Positions 25,787-35,209 of a stretch of DNA of 39,336 bases are shown piece after piece. Source of the DNA: a virus (Duplodnaviria > Caudoviricetes); IMG/VR virus record IMGVR_UViG_3300038393_000662, positions 1-39,336 of that record; one strand, 5' to 3'. How positions within the stretch are numbered: position 1 is the stretch's first letter; the number at the start of each line of letters is the position of its first letter. The notes below the pieces were generated by a model, which did not search any database, was not told the origin of the DNA, and worked only from the letters and a program-made list of their open reading frames with translations. A program made the position numbers and the translations under genes.

Positions 25787-26083
25787 ATGGCACGCGGAGG
25801 CAGGCGTGATGGCGCTGGCCGCAAGCCGGGCACGCTAAACAAGGCGACGCAGGAGCAGCGCGACGCGATTGCGGCATCGGGGCTGACGCCGCTCGAATAC
25901 ATGCTGGCTGTGATGCGAGACGGCGGCGCGGACGAAGCTCGGCGCCTGGACGCGGCCAAGGCGGCGGCGCCCTACTGCCACGCGCGCCTCACGGCGGTGG
26001 AACTCAGCGGCCCCGGCGGCGACCCTGTCGAGACGGTGAGCCGCATCGAACTGGTCGCGATGCGTGACAGCCGTCCGGATTGA
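25787..26083 (+). CDS. terS: Terminase small subunit
   Basis: GG.R.GAGRK.G..NK, TPLEYML.VMR, AAKAAAPY.H; precedes TerL. Confidence 0.75.
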   Translation: MARGGRRDGAGRKPGTLNKATQEQRDAIAASGLTPLEYMLAVMRDGGADEARRLDAAKAAAPYCHARLTAVELSGPGGDPVETVSRIELVAMRDSRPD

Positions 26084-27380
26084 ACTCCCCGACAAGCTGA
26101 TCCCGGTATTCGAGGGGCCGGCGGACGTCCGCGGCGCCTACGGTGGCCGCGGCTCGGCCAAGACGCGCAGCTTCGCCAAGATGGCGGCGGTTCGCGGGCT
26201 GATGTACGGCAAAGCCGGCGTGTCGGGGCAAATCCTCTGCGCGCGCCAGTTCATGAACTCGCTCGACGACTCGTCGCTCGAGGAAGTGAAGAGGGCAATC
26301 GAGGACGAGCCGTTCCTGGCCGAGTACTACGAGGTCGGCGAGAAGTTCATCCGCAGCCGAGATCGGCGCGTGTGGTTTTCGTTCGCTGGCTTGGATCGCA
26401 GCATCGAGTCGATCAAGTCGAAGGGCCGCATCCTGCTGTGCTGGGTGGACGAGGCCGAGCCGGTCACCGACAGCGCGTGGTCGATCCTGATCCCGACGCT
26501 GCGCGAGGAAGGCGAGGGCTGGAACGCCGAGCTGTGGGTGACGTGGAACCCGAAGCGCAAGAGCGCAGCGGTGGAGCGGCGCTTTCGTCAGTCGACCGAT
26601 CCGCTGGTGAAGGTCGTCGAGCTCAACTGGCGTGACAACCCGCGGTTCCCGGCGAAGTTGGAACGCGACAGGCAGCGTGACCTCGCCGATCCGCTGGCGG
26701 ACTACCCGCATGTGTGGGAGGGCGCGTTTGCCACGGCGATCACCGGCGCCTACTACGCCACCGATCTGACGAAGGCGAAGCAGGAAGGCCGCATCAGCGT
26801 CGTGGCGGCCGATCCGCTGCTGACGCTGCGGGTGCATTGCGACATCGGCGGTACGGGCGCCAAGGCCGACGCTTTCACGATGTGGGTTGACCAGTTCGTG
26901 GGCCAGCAGGTCCGCATCATCGACTACTACGAAGCGGTCGGGCAGCCGATGGCGACGCACGCCGCCTGGCTGCGCTCGAAGGGCTACACGCCGGAGCGGA
27001 CGACCATCGTGCTTCCGCATGACGGCGCGCAGCAGGACAAGGTGTACGCCGTGTCCTACCGCAGCGCCTTCGAGGACATGGGCTACACGGTCGTCGTGAT
27101 CCCGAACATGGGCGCCGGCGCGGCATCCCGCCGCATCGAAGCGGCACGCCGGCTGTTCCCGAGCATCTGGTTCAACGAATCCACAACCGGCCCAGGGCGC
27201 GACGCGCTGGGCTGGTATCACGAAAAGCGGGACGAGGAACGCGGCATCGGCTTGGGGCCGAATCACGACTGGGCGAGCCATGCGGCCGACAGCTTTGGCC
27301 TGATCGCCGTCGACCACGCCAGCCACGCCCCGAGCCTGCCGATCGGCCCTGACTTCTACGACTACGCGGTGGACTACTGA
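26064..27380 (+). CDS. terL: Terminase large subunit (PBSX-like)
   Basis: YGGRGSAKT Walker A, WVDEAE Walker B, TWNP, RNase H DIG..D, SHAADSF. Confidence 0.96.
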   Translation: MTAVRIELPDKLIPVFEGPADVRGAYGGRGSAKTRSFAKMAAVRGLMYGKAGVSGQILCARQFMNSLDDSSLEEVKRAIEDEPFLAEYYEVGEKFIRSRDRRVWFSFAGLDRSIESIKSKGRILLCWVDEAEPVTDSAWSILIPTLREEGEGWNAELWVTWNPKRKSAAVERRFRQSTDPLVKVVELNWRDNPRFPAKLERDRQRDLADPLADYPHVWEGAFATAITGAYYATDLTKAKQEGRISVVAADPLLTLRVHCDIGGTGAKADAFTMWVDQFVGQQVRIIDYYEAVGQPMATHAAWLRSKGYTPERTTIVLPHDGAQQDKVYAVSYRSAFEDMGYTVVVIPNMGAGAASRRIEAARRLFPSIWFNESTTGPGRDALGWYHEKRDEERGIGLGPNHDWASHAADSFGLIAVDHASHAPSLPIGPDFYDYAVDY

Positions 27381-27382
27381 CC

Positions 27383-29416
27383 ATGGGCTACACGAAAGAG
27401 CAGCGCGCCGACAACAAGCTGCTCGACGCCATGCGCGAGCAGTACCCGAAGGCCGTGGATGCGTGCTCGACGCTGTACGACATGGCGCGCGATGACATCA
27501 AGTTCGTCAGCGTGCCTGGCAACCAGTGGGACGAGACGCTCAAGCAGCGGCGCAAGAACCGGCCGACCTATGAGTTCCCGAAGCTGCGCATGCAGCTACA
27601 GCAGATCATCAACGAAATGCGGCAGACCCGCCCGCAGGGCAAGGTGCGCGGCGTCGAGGAAGCCGACCGGGGCCTCGCCGAACTGATGCAGGGCCTGTGC
27701 CGGAACATCGAATCCACCAGCACCGCCGACCGCGCCTACGACATCGCCTTCGAACAGGCGGTGATGGGCGGCATGGGCGTATGGCGGATCTGCACGGATT
27801 ACCTGAACGACGACGACCTCGAACAGGACATCCGCATCGAGCCGATTCGCAACTTCGCGTGCGTGAAGTTCGACCCGGCCGCGGTGAAGATCGACCGCCG
27901 CGACGCGCGCTACGTGTTCGTCGAGGAACTGATCCCGCGCAGCCAGTTCGAGGCCGACTATCCGGACGCCAAGCTGGAGGATTTCGAAGGCGACGCCCAT
28001 TGCCGGCAGCACTGGCAGGACCGCGATCAGGTCCGCATCGCGGAGTACTGGTACAAAAAGCCGGTCACGCGCGAGCTGTGGGTGGTGCGCTCGGCCAACG
28101 GCGATTCGGTGGTGAACAGCGACGAGCTCGGCGTGTCCGAGGATGAGCTGGCCGCCGCTGGGCTGGAAATCGTCAACCGCCGCACGGTCAAGACCCACAA
28201 GGTCTGCATGCGGATCACCAACGGCCACGAGTGGTTGACCGACGAGTACGAGTTCCCGTCCAAGTACATCCCGATCGTCGTCACCTGGGGGAACATCCTC
28301 AACGTCGATGGCGAGGACTACTGGTGCGGCGCGGCACGCTTCGGCAAGGACCAGCAGCGGCTCCACAACGTGCACCGCACGGCTATCATCGAGGCGGTAG
28401 CGAAGTCGCCGAAGGCACCGTTCATCGCCAAGCCGAAGTGGGTCGGCCCGCACAAGCGCCAGTGGGACAACGCCAACGCCGAGGACTACCCGGTGCTGTG
28501 GCTCGACGACAGCGCCGAGCCCGGCGGCATCCCGCAGCGCGTCCCGCAGGCCGAGGTGCCGGTCGCGCTGATCCAGCTCGCGGGCATGGACGCCGACGAC
28601 ATGAAGGCGGCCACGGGCATCTACGACGCCTCGTTGGGCGCCCGGTCGAACGAGACGTCGGGCCTCGCCATCAACTCGCGCAAGCAGCAGGGCGCGACGG
28701 CGACGTTCAACTACATCGACAACCTCACCTACGCGATCCGCTACACCTACGAAATCCTCGTCGACATGATCCCGCGCGTGTACGACACGCCGCGCGTGGT
28801 CCGCATCCTCGGTGACGACGGCGCCGCGAAGTGGAAGCAGCTCTACCAGGAAGTGCAGGACCCGGAGACGGGCGAGACACGCATCCTGAACGACATCCGC
28901 AAGGGCAAGTACGACGTCACGGTGACGGTCGGCCCGAGCTATGCGACGCAGCGCATGGAGGCGGCCGAAGGGTTCGCCCAGCTTGCCGGCCAGATCGGCG
29001 GCGCGTTCCCGGCGGTTGGCCCGCTGCTCGCCTACGCGACCATGCACAACAGCGACCTGCCGGGCATGGAGGAGATCGACAAGGCGCTGCGTAAGGTGCT
29101 AGTCGGGCAGGGCTTGCTCGAGCCGAAGGAAGGCGACCAGCCGCCGGCGCCGCCGCAGCCCAACCCGAAGGACGTTGCCGACGCGCAGAACAAGCAAGCG
29201 AGCGCCGCGCTCAACCAGGCGAAGGCCGAGGGCCAGCAGCTGCAGAACGTGCAGACGCAGGCCCAACTCATGCACGCGCACATGATGGGCGGCATGCCAC
29301 CGCCGCACCCGATGATGCCGCCACCCGGACCGCAGTTCGGGCCACCCGACCAGCCGCCGCAAGGCGGTTTTTTTTCGCCTGACGGTCAGCCGCCGGGCAG
29401 CCCCACCGGCTTCTAG
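27383..29416 (+). CDS. P22-like portal protein
   Basis: 677 aa; G.QW..R.NRP, KD.QR.HN, SNETSG.AI..RK.QG, G.YDV.V..GPSY.TQR.EA. Confidence 0.93.
   Translation: MGYTKEQRADNKLLDAMREQYPKAVDACSTLYDMARDDIKFVSVPGNQWDETLKQRRKNRPTYEFPKLRMQLQQIINEMRQTRPQGKVRGVEEADRGLAELMQGLCRNIESTSTADRAYDIAFEQAVMGGMGVWRICTDYLNDDDLEQDIRIEPIRNFACVKFDPAAVKIDRRDARYVFVEELIPRSQFEADYPDAKLEDFEGDAHCRQHWQDRDQVRIAEYWYKKPVTRELWVVRSANGDSVVNSDELGVSEDELAAAGLEIVNRRTVKTHKVCMRITNGHEWLTDEYEFPSKYIPIVVTWGNILNVDGEDYWCGAARFGKDQQRLHNVHRTAIIEAVAKSPKAPFIAKPKWVGPHKRQWDNANAEDYPVLWLDDSAEPGGIPQRVPQAEVPVALIQLAGMDADDMKAATGIYDASLGARSNETSGLAINSRKQQGATATFNYIDNLTYAIRYTYEILVDMIPRVYDTPRVVRILGDDGAAKWKQLYQEVQDPETGETRILNDIRKGKYDVTVTVGPSYATQRMEAAEGFAQLAGQIGGAFPAVGPLLAYATMHNSDLPGMEEIDKALRKVLVGQGLLEPKEGDQPPAPPQPNPKDVADAQNKQASAALNQAKAEGQQLQNVQTQAQLMHAHMMGGMPPPHPMMPPPGPQFGPPDQPPQGGFFSPDGQPPGSPTGF
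29353..29375 (+). terminator. Terminator-like hairpin inside portal 3' end
   Basis: GCCGCC-gcaa-GGCGGT-TTTTTTT. Confidence 0.7.
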
Positions 29417-29460
29417 CCGGCCCGCATCGGCGCGGTCACGCCGAATCCCCTGAGGAACCG

Positions 29461-30336
29461 ATGAGCGATACAACCAACACCGCCCCGAGCGGTGCGGACG
29501 CTGCTGCGCCCGCTCCCAAGTCCGACGCCGAAGCCGCCCTGCAGGCGCAGGCGACGCCCGAAGCGAAGCCCGAGCCCACCGAAGAGCAGAAGGCCGCCGA
29601 ACAGGCGGAAAAACAGCGTCAGGAGGAAGAAGGCAAGAAGAAAAACCGCACCCGCGAGTACATCGTCCGACTGCAAAGCCGCGTCGCCGAGCTCGAAAGC
29701 CGTCTGCACTCGCAGGTGCAGGTTCCGCAGTCCAACGCGCACCGCGCGTCGCCGAATCAGTCGCAGGGGGAAGCACGTCCCACGCTGGCCGACTACGGCT
29801 ACGACTTCAACGCCTGGCAACAGGCCGACACCGAATGGGTCGACAGGCAGGCAGAGCGTCGCGCCGCCGAACTGTTCGACAAACGCGCCACGCAGGCGCG
29901 ACAGCAGGAAACCGTAGCCTCCTACGAGTCGAAGATCGCCGCGTTCGCCGAGCAAGCCCCCGACTTCTATGAGGTCGTCGGCTCGATCGACCCGGCCTTC
30001 CTTCCGAGCGAATTGCAGGCCGCGATCATGGCCCACCCCGACGGGCCGGCGATCGCTTACCACCTCGGGACCAATGACGAAGCTCTCTGGAATCTGGCGT
30101 CGATCCGGGCCGATCTGCTGCCCGCCGCCGTCCAGCGACTCGCCGCGCGTCTAGGCGCCGCGCCCGCCCCGCAGGGAAGCCCTGCGCCGGCCATCACGCC
30201 GACCAAACCCATCACCCAGGCCCCGCGACCCGCGCCCACGGTCGGCGGTCGTGCGCCCGTGTCTGTTGACCCGGAGCGCATGACGACCGACCAGTGGCTC
30301 GAGTGGCGGCAGGCCCAACTCAAGAAAAAGGGCTAA
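29461..30336 (+). CDS. Scaffolding protein
   Basis: Between portal and coat; PDF.EV, GPAIAYHLG, MT..QW..WR..Q end. Confidence 0.85.
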   Translation: MSDTTNTAPSGADAAAPAPKSDAEAALQAQATPEAKPEPTEEQKAAEQAEKQRQEEEGKKKNRTREYIVRLQSRVAELESRLHSQVQVPQSNAHRASPNQSQGEARPTLADYGYDFNAWQQADTEWVDRQAERRAAELFDKRATQARQQETVASYESKIAAFAEQAPDFYEVVGSIDPAFLPSELQAAIMAHPDGPAIAYHLGTNDEALWNLASIRADLLPAAVQRLAARLGAAPAPQGSPAPAITPTKPITQAPRPAPTVGGRAPVSVDPERMTTDQWLEWRQAQLKKKG

Positions 30337-30342
30337 TCCACC

Positions 30343-31536
30343 ATGAGCAACACCCTGCTGACCCCGACCGCAGTGACCCGCGAGTCGCTGCGCGTCCTCC
30401 ACCAGAAGCTGAACTTCGTCGGCAACATCACCCGCGATTACGACGAGTCGTTCGCGAACTCCGGCGCCAAGATCGGCGACACCATCAAGATCCGCCTGCC
30501 GAACCAGTACACGGTGCGCTCGGGCGCGACGCTGTCGACGCAGGACACGACCGAGACCTCGGTCAGCCTGCAGGTCAACAACCAGAAGGGCGTGGACCTC
30601 AACTTTACCTCGGTCGACCTGACGCTCTCGCTGGACGATTTCAGCAAGCGCATCATCGACCCGGCGATGTCGGTCCTGGCTGCGGCCATCGAGTCGGACG
30701 TGCTGTCCAACGTCTACCAGGACGTCTACCAGTCCATCTGGAACGGCGGCGCGGCGGCGACCTACAACAAGGCGCTCGACTGCCGCGTGCTGCTGCAGCG
30801 TGCCCTGGCCCCGGCCAACGACCGCACCATGCTCCTCGATCCGCAGGCGATGGCCGACGTGATCAAGGACACCAAGACGCTGTTCCAGGACGACGCCTCG
30901 ATCTCGAAGCAGTACCGCGAGGCGATGGTCGGCCGTGCGGCCGGCTTCGACTGGGGCGAGAACACCATCCTGCCGAGCCACACGCGCGGCGCGGCGGACA
31001 CCGCCTACGTCGTCAACACCTCGACCGGAATCACCTCGGGCTCCAACCTGATCGCCGTGACCACCGGCACCGGCGCGGCCAACAAGGGCGACGTGTTCAC
31101 CATCGCCGGCGTGTACTCCGTGCATCCGGAGACGAAGGTGTCGACCGGCCAGCTGCAGCAGTTCGTGGTCGCGACGGCCTACGCCGGCGGCGGCGGCAAC
31201 ATCACCGTATCGCCGACCCCCGTCACCTCGGGCGCGACGCAGAACGTCACGATCGTTTCGGCCGGCGCAGGCAAGGCGGTGACGTGGGCCGGCACGCTGT
31301 CGACCGCCGTGCAGACGGGCCTGGCGTTCCAGAAGGGTGCGTTCGCGTTCGCGACCGCCGACCTGGTCATGCCGAAGGGCGTCGATTTCGCCGCGCGCGA
31401 AGTCATGGATGGCATCAGCATGCGCATCGTCCGCAACTACGACATCGTGAACGACAAGTTCCCGTGCCGTCTCGACGTGCTGTACGGCTATAAGACGCTG
31501 CGTGCCGGCCTGGCCGCGCGTTTCCACAACAACTGA
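30343..31536 (+). CDS. P22-family major capsid protein
   Basis: N.LLTP..VTRE.L..L, GAKIGDTI.IRLP, CRLDVLYG. Confidence 0.95.
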   Translation: MSNTLLTPTAVTRESLRVLHQKLNFVGNITRDYDESFANSGAKIGDTIKIRLPNQYTVRSGATLSTQDTTETSVSLQVNNQKGVDLNFTSVDLTLSLDDFSKRIIDPAMSVLAAAIESDVLSNVYQDVYQSIWNGGAAATYNKALDCRVLLQRALAPANDRTMLLDPQAMADVIKDTKTLFQDDASISKQYREAMVGRAAGFDWGENTILPSHTRGAADTAYVVNTSTGITSGSNLIAVTTGTGAANKGDVFTIAGVYSVHPETKVSTGQLQQFVVATAYAGGGGNITVSPTPVTSGATQNVTIVSAGAGKAVTWAGTLSTAVQTGLAFQKGAFAFATADLVMPKGVDFAAREVMDGISMRIVRNYDIVNDKFPCRLDVLYGYKTLRAGLAARFHNN

Positions 31537-31552
31537 TCCACCAGCAGCGCCT

Positions 31553-31583
31553 AGCGGGGGCCCTTCGGGGCCCTCGCTCTTTT
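31553..31583 (+). terminator. Terminator after capsid gene
   Basis: AGCGGGGGCCC-TTCG-GGGCCCTCGCT-CTTTT. Confidence 0.85.
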
Positions 31584-31594
31584 CCGGAGTCGCC

Positions 31595-32002
31595 ATGACC
31601 CAGGTTTCCAGCATCGTGCGCGATGCCCTGCTGCACTTGCGGGTGCAGGACGCGGCCGAAGCCGTCGACGCGCAGGCCATGCAGGACGCGATTCGCGCCC
31701 TCAACGGCATGATGCAGCGATGGGAGGCCGATGGCGTCTCGGTCGGGTGGACCGACGTGTCCGCGCCCGATGACGCCCTGTCTGCGCCCTCTGAGGCGGA
31801 GGAGGCCATTTCCTACAACCTCGCCGTGCGCCTGCGTGCGCGCTACGGCGTGGCGATTGACCCCGACGTGATCCAGATGGCGACGGACGGCCTGGCCGCC
31901 CTGCGCGCCGACGTCATCGCCAACACCTATTCCCGCATCAGCTACGCCGACCTGCCCATGGGCGAGGGCTGGTGTGGCGGCTACAACTTCAACAACGGCT
32001 GA
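31595..32002 (+). CDS. Head-tail adaptor (P22 gp4-like)
   Basis: IV.DAL..L.V..DA...LN.MM..W...G; YNLA.RL...YG; GGAG RBS. Confidence 0.85.
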   Translation: MTQVSSIVRDALLHLRVQDAAEAVDAQAMQDAIRALNGMMQRWEADGVSVGWTDVSAPDDALSAPSEAEEAISYNLAVRLRARYGVAIDPDVIQMATDGLAALRADVIANTYSRISYADLPMGEGWCGGYNFNNG

Positions 32003-32005
32003 CCG

Positions 32006-34165
32006 ATGACCGACCACGTCATCCAGGTTCGCTACACGAAGGACGCCGGCAACTGGGCGTCCTTCCGCGACCTCAACGCCGGCGCGACGGGTGCGTTCGG
32101 CAAGCAGCTGGCGGCGCGCCAGCTCGGCCAGGCGCTTTGGCGCGTGTGGGAGACGTGCGACACCTCACCGTTCCCCGCCGACCTCTACGGAGCCGCGATA
32201 CTTGTCAACGGGGCGTCGGATTGGCAGGACTTCCCGCTGCCGGATGGCAGTTACGACGACCAGACGCGCGAGTGGACGCAACAGGACGTCGTCAACTACC
32301 TGCCGCTGTTCGCTCAGCAGGGAGGCGCGCGCTCGAGGGCGCTGTACCGCACGGCGCCGGGGCTGGATGTGTTCGCCAACATCGGAAACGGCCCGCATCG
32401 CGGCGCGATCAGTGTCGAAGGGACGTTGTTCGTGGTGTCTGGCACCGCGCTCTATGAGGTGGCGAAGGACGGCACGGCGACCAGCCGCGGCACGATCCCC
32501 GGCACCGGCCGGGTGTGCATGGCCTACAACCAGATCACCAGCGGCAACCAGCTGGTCATCGGCAACGGATCGAGCGGCTACGTCTACAACACGGTGACGG
32601 GCACGTTCACGCAGATCACCGACGACGGCTTTGCCGGCTTCAAGTCCTGCGACTTCCTCAACCAGTACATCGTCGGCGTCGAGCCGCTGGGCCGGTTCTG
32701 GTATCACTCCGAGCTCGTCGATGCGCTGAGCTACAACACGCTGGACCGCTACGGCGCGGAAACCTCGCCCGACGCGATCATGGGGCTGATCGCCTCGCAC
32801 AACGAAGTGCTCGTGTTCGGCGCCCGCACGATCGAGCCGTGGGTCAACGAGCAGGAAAGCAACGCGGCGGCCACGGCCTTCCAATTGCAGCGCGGATCGG
32901 TGATTGAGCGCGGATGCCTCAACGGCAACACGATTCGCAGGCTCGACAACTCGGTGTTCTTCCTCGGCGACGACCGCATCGTGTACCGGCTCAACGGCTA
33001 TACGCCGGTGCCGATCAGCACGCAGCCGATGGCGGTCGCCTTCCGCGACCTCGACCCGACCAAGGCGTTCGCGTTCACCTTCGAGGACAACGGGCACGTC
33101 GTCTACTACCTCACCTGGGGCGACGGGCGGACGTGGGGCTATGACGTGGCGAGCCAGAAGTGGCACCGCCGCGAGTCCTTCGGCCTGAATCGCTGGCGCC
33201 TCAACACGCTGGTGAAGTGGGGCAACGAGTGGGTCGGCGGCGATTTCCAGAACGGCAAGCTCTACCGCATCGCCTGGGGCTATCCCTACGAGGGCTGCGA
33301 GATCATGCCGCGGCGGCTGCGCACGAGCGTGCTGCATGCCGACAGCAACCCGGTCACGGTCAACGGCTTCCGCATCGAGGCCGCCACCGGCCAGCCGATG
33401 TCGGTGCTCGGCGCGGCGTTGCCGCCGGCGATCAGCGGCGCGCTGCCGGATGCGACCGCCGGCGACGTCATCGACTATCAGTACACCGTCACGCCAGCCT
33501 ACCCGGGCCAAGCAGTCACGCTTTCCGTCAGTGGGGATTTCCCGCCTGGTCTCACCTTGGACGCAACCGGGCATGTTACCGGAACGCTGCCAAGTGGATC
33601 AGACGGGATCTACACCTTCTCGATTCGGCCATCGAGCGAATGCGCCGATGGCGCCGCGCTCAATGAGGTGGTGACGATTGCGCCGCTGCCGTCTGTCGAC
33701 TATGACGTAACGGGCATTCCCTACAAATTCATGTACGCAGCCGATGCGAACATCAATACCGACTACTCCTCGCCGAGCTACGACGATTCGGCATGGAGCA
33801 CGGGACAAGGTGGATTCGGTTTCGAAGGGACGACGGCCTTCGCGGATCAGGACATCAATACCGGCACGGACCGCGGGTATGGCGCGCGCATCTGGCTGCG
33901 TCAGCGCGTGGCGATGGCGGCCGGCCGCGATTGTCTGGTGACGGTCTACCGCGACGACGGCGCGAAGTTCTGGTGGAACGGCGTGAACTACGCCCTGAGC
34001 ACGACCACCGACTACTACCGCCTCACGGTCACGATTCCTGGCTCCGCGGTCACTGGCAACGACCTCGCCGCGCTGCGCGTTACCGATGGTAAGCCCGACC
34101 CCGGTGATTCGGGTTCGGTGGGCTCGGACGGCATCTACGCCTCGATGAAGTTCCAGTCGCTATGA
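32006..34165 (+). CDS. Tail hub/packaged-DNA stabilization protein (P22 gp10-like), apparently permuted, with Ig-like and sugar-binding-like extension
   Basis: NYLP..APGL, AETSPD.I, VFG..TIE.W, DNSVFFLG, TW.YD..QKWH.R; PPGLTLD.TG.VTG Ig motif. Confidence 0.85.
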   Translation: MTDHVIQVRYTKDAGNWASFRDLNAGATGAFGKQLAARQLGQALWRVWETCDTSPFPADLYGAAILVNGASDWQDFPLPDGSYDDQTREWTQQDVVNYLPLFAQQGGARSRALYRTAPGLDVFANIGNGPHRGAISVEGTLFVVSGTALYEVAKDGTATSRGTIPGTGRVCMAYNQITSGNQLVIGNGSSGYVYNTVTGTFTQITDDGFAGFKSCDFLNQYIVGVEPLGRFWYHSELVDALSYNTLDRYGAETSPDAIMGLIASHNEVLVFGARTIEPWVNEQESNAAATAFQLQRGSVIERGCLNGNTIRRLDNSVFFLGDDRIVYRLNGYTPVPISTQPMAVAFRDLDPTKAFAFTFEDNGHVVYYLTWGDGRTWGYDVASQKWHRRESFGLNRWRLNTLVKWGNEWVGGDFQNGKLYRIAWGYPYEGCEIMPRRLRTSVLHADSNPVTVNGFRIEAATGQPMSVLGAALPPAISGALPDATAGDVIDYQYTVTPAYPGQAVTLSVSGDFPPGLTLDATGHVTGTLPSGSDGIYTFSIRPSSECADGAALNEVVTIAPLPSVDYDVTGIPYKFMYAADANINTDYSSPSYDDSAWSTGQGGFGFEGTTAFADQDINTGTDRGYGARIWLRQRVAMAAGRDCLVTVYRDDGAKFWWNGVNYALSTTTDYYRLTVTIPGSAVTGNDLAALRVTDGKPDPGDSGSVGSDGIYASMKFQSL

Positions 34166-34698
34166 GCCCCATCCGCGTAATCGGTCGCCTCGACGTAAGC
34201 GCGGCAGTGAAGCAGCTCGATGCCAACCCGCAGGTGTGGAACCGGCACAGCCTGCGGCGTGAGGCGTATGTGCATCGGCAGGTCGACGACATTTGGGTGC
34301 GCTACAACGCGTGGGCCAACTTCACCGGCGACGCGGCGGCCTTCAACGGCCCGCACGAGTCGGTGTGGTATCCGGTCGTGACCGAGGTGCCGGCGCTGTG
34401 GTCGCTGGCGCGGCAGGCCAAGCGGATCGCAGGCGCGACGGAACTCGGCGGCGTGCTGGTGACGCGGATCCCGCCAGGCGGTCGTGTCGAGCCGCACATC
34501 GACCGCGGCTGGCACGCGGAAACGTACCGCAAGATCGGTGTGCAGATCAGCGGCCACGAACAGCAGGCGTTCTGTTTCGACGATGCGGAGCTGCGCCCGC
34601 TCACCGGCGACGTGTACGAGTTCCGCAACGACATCACGCATTGGGTGGTGAACGACTCCCCGGTGCCGCGCATCACCCTGATCGTCTGCTGCAAATGA
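34162..34698 (+). CDS. Asp/Asn beta-hydroxylase-like 2OG-Fe(II) oxygenase
   Basis: IPPGG.V.PHID (HxD), HWVVN (distal His), RITLI (2OG Arg). Confidence 0.85.
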   Translation: MSPIRVIGRLDVSAAVKQLDANPQVWNRHSLRREAYVHRQVDDIWVRYNAWANFTGDAAAFNGPHESVWYPVVTEVPALWSLARQAKRIAGATELGGVLVTRIPPGGRVEPHIDRGWHAETYRKIGVQISGHEQQAFCFDDAELRPLTGDVYEFRNDITHWVVNDSPVPRITLIVCCK

Positions 34699-35207
34699 AC
34701 GTAGACTTCTGCGTGCTGGGCCTGCCGCGGTCCGGCACGACATGGTGTGCCAACTGGTTGACCACGGACACGACGCTGTGCCTGCACGACCCGTTCCGGT
34801 TCCTGCCGGAGCAGTGGCCGCGCGACGGCCGACGCTTCGGGGTGAGCTGCACAGGCGGCTACCTGATGCCGAAGTGGCTGGACCGGCTCGACTGCCCGAT
34901 CGCCGTGATTGAGCGCGACCCGGCCGACTGCGACGCCTCGCTGGCGCGCATGGGGCTCGGGCAGGTAGGTGTGCTGGCGCCAGAGCTCGCCCGCGTCGAC
35001 GCTCGACGATGGCGGTTTGCTGACCTCTGGAACGAAGAAAAAGCCCGCGACCTGTGGGCTTTTTTATTGCCTGACGTGCGTTTCGACGCCGTGCGCTACC
35101 GCCTGCTGCGCGACATGCAGGTGCAACCCCACCCGAGAACGTGGACTCCCGACACTGACGTGTTGCGGGAGCTGCAAGCGCGCGGCTTGTTGCCGCAGGA
35201 GAACTGA
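34695..35207 (+). CDS. Sulfotransferase-like protein
   Basis: VLGLPRSGTTW (5'-PSB loop), LHDP, RDPADCDAS (3'-PB R-x-P-x-D-x3-S). Confidence 0.75.
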   Translation: MNVDFCVLGLPRSGTTWCANWLTTDTTLCLHDPFRFLPEQWPRDGRRFGVSCTGGYLMPKWLDRLDCPIAVIERDPADCDASLARMGLGQVGVLAPELARVDARRWRFADLWNEEKARDLWAFLLPDVRFDAVRYRLLRDMQVQPHPRTWTPDTDVLRELQARGLLPQEN

Positions 35208-35209
35208 AC

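Noticed and set aside
26004-33574. Long minus-strand ORFs (440, 483, 552, 469 aa)
   Set aside because: Antisense shadows of high-GC3 structural genes with no motifs
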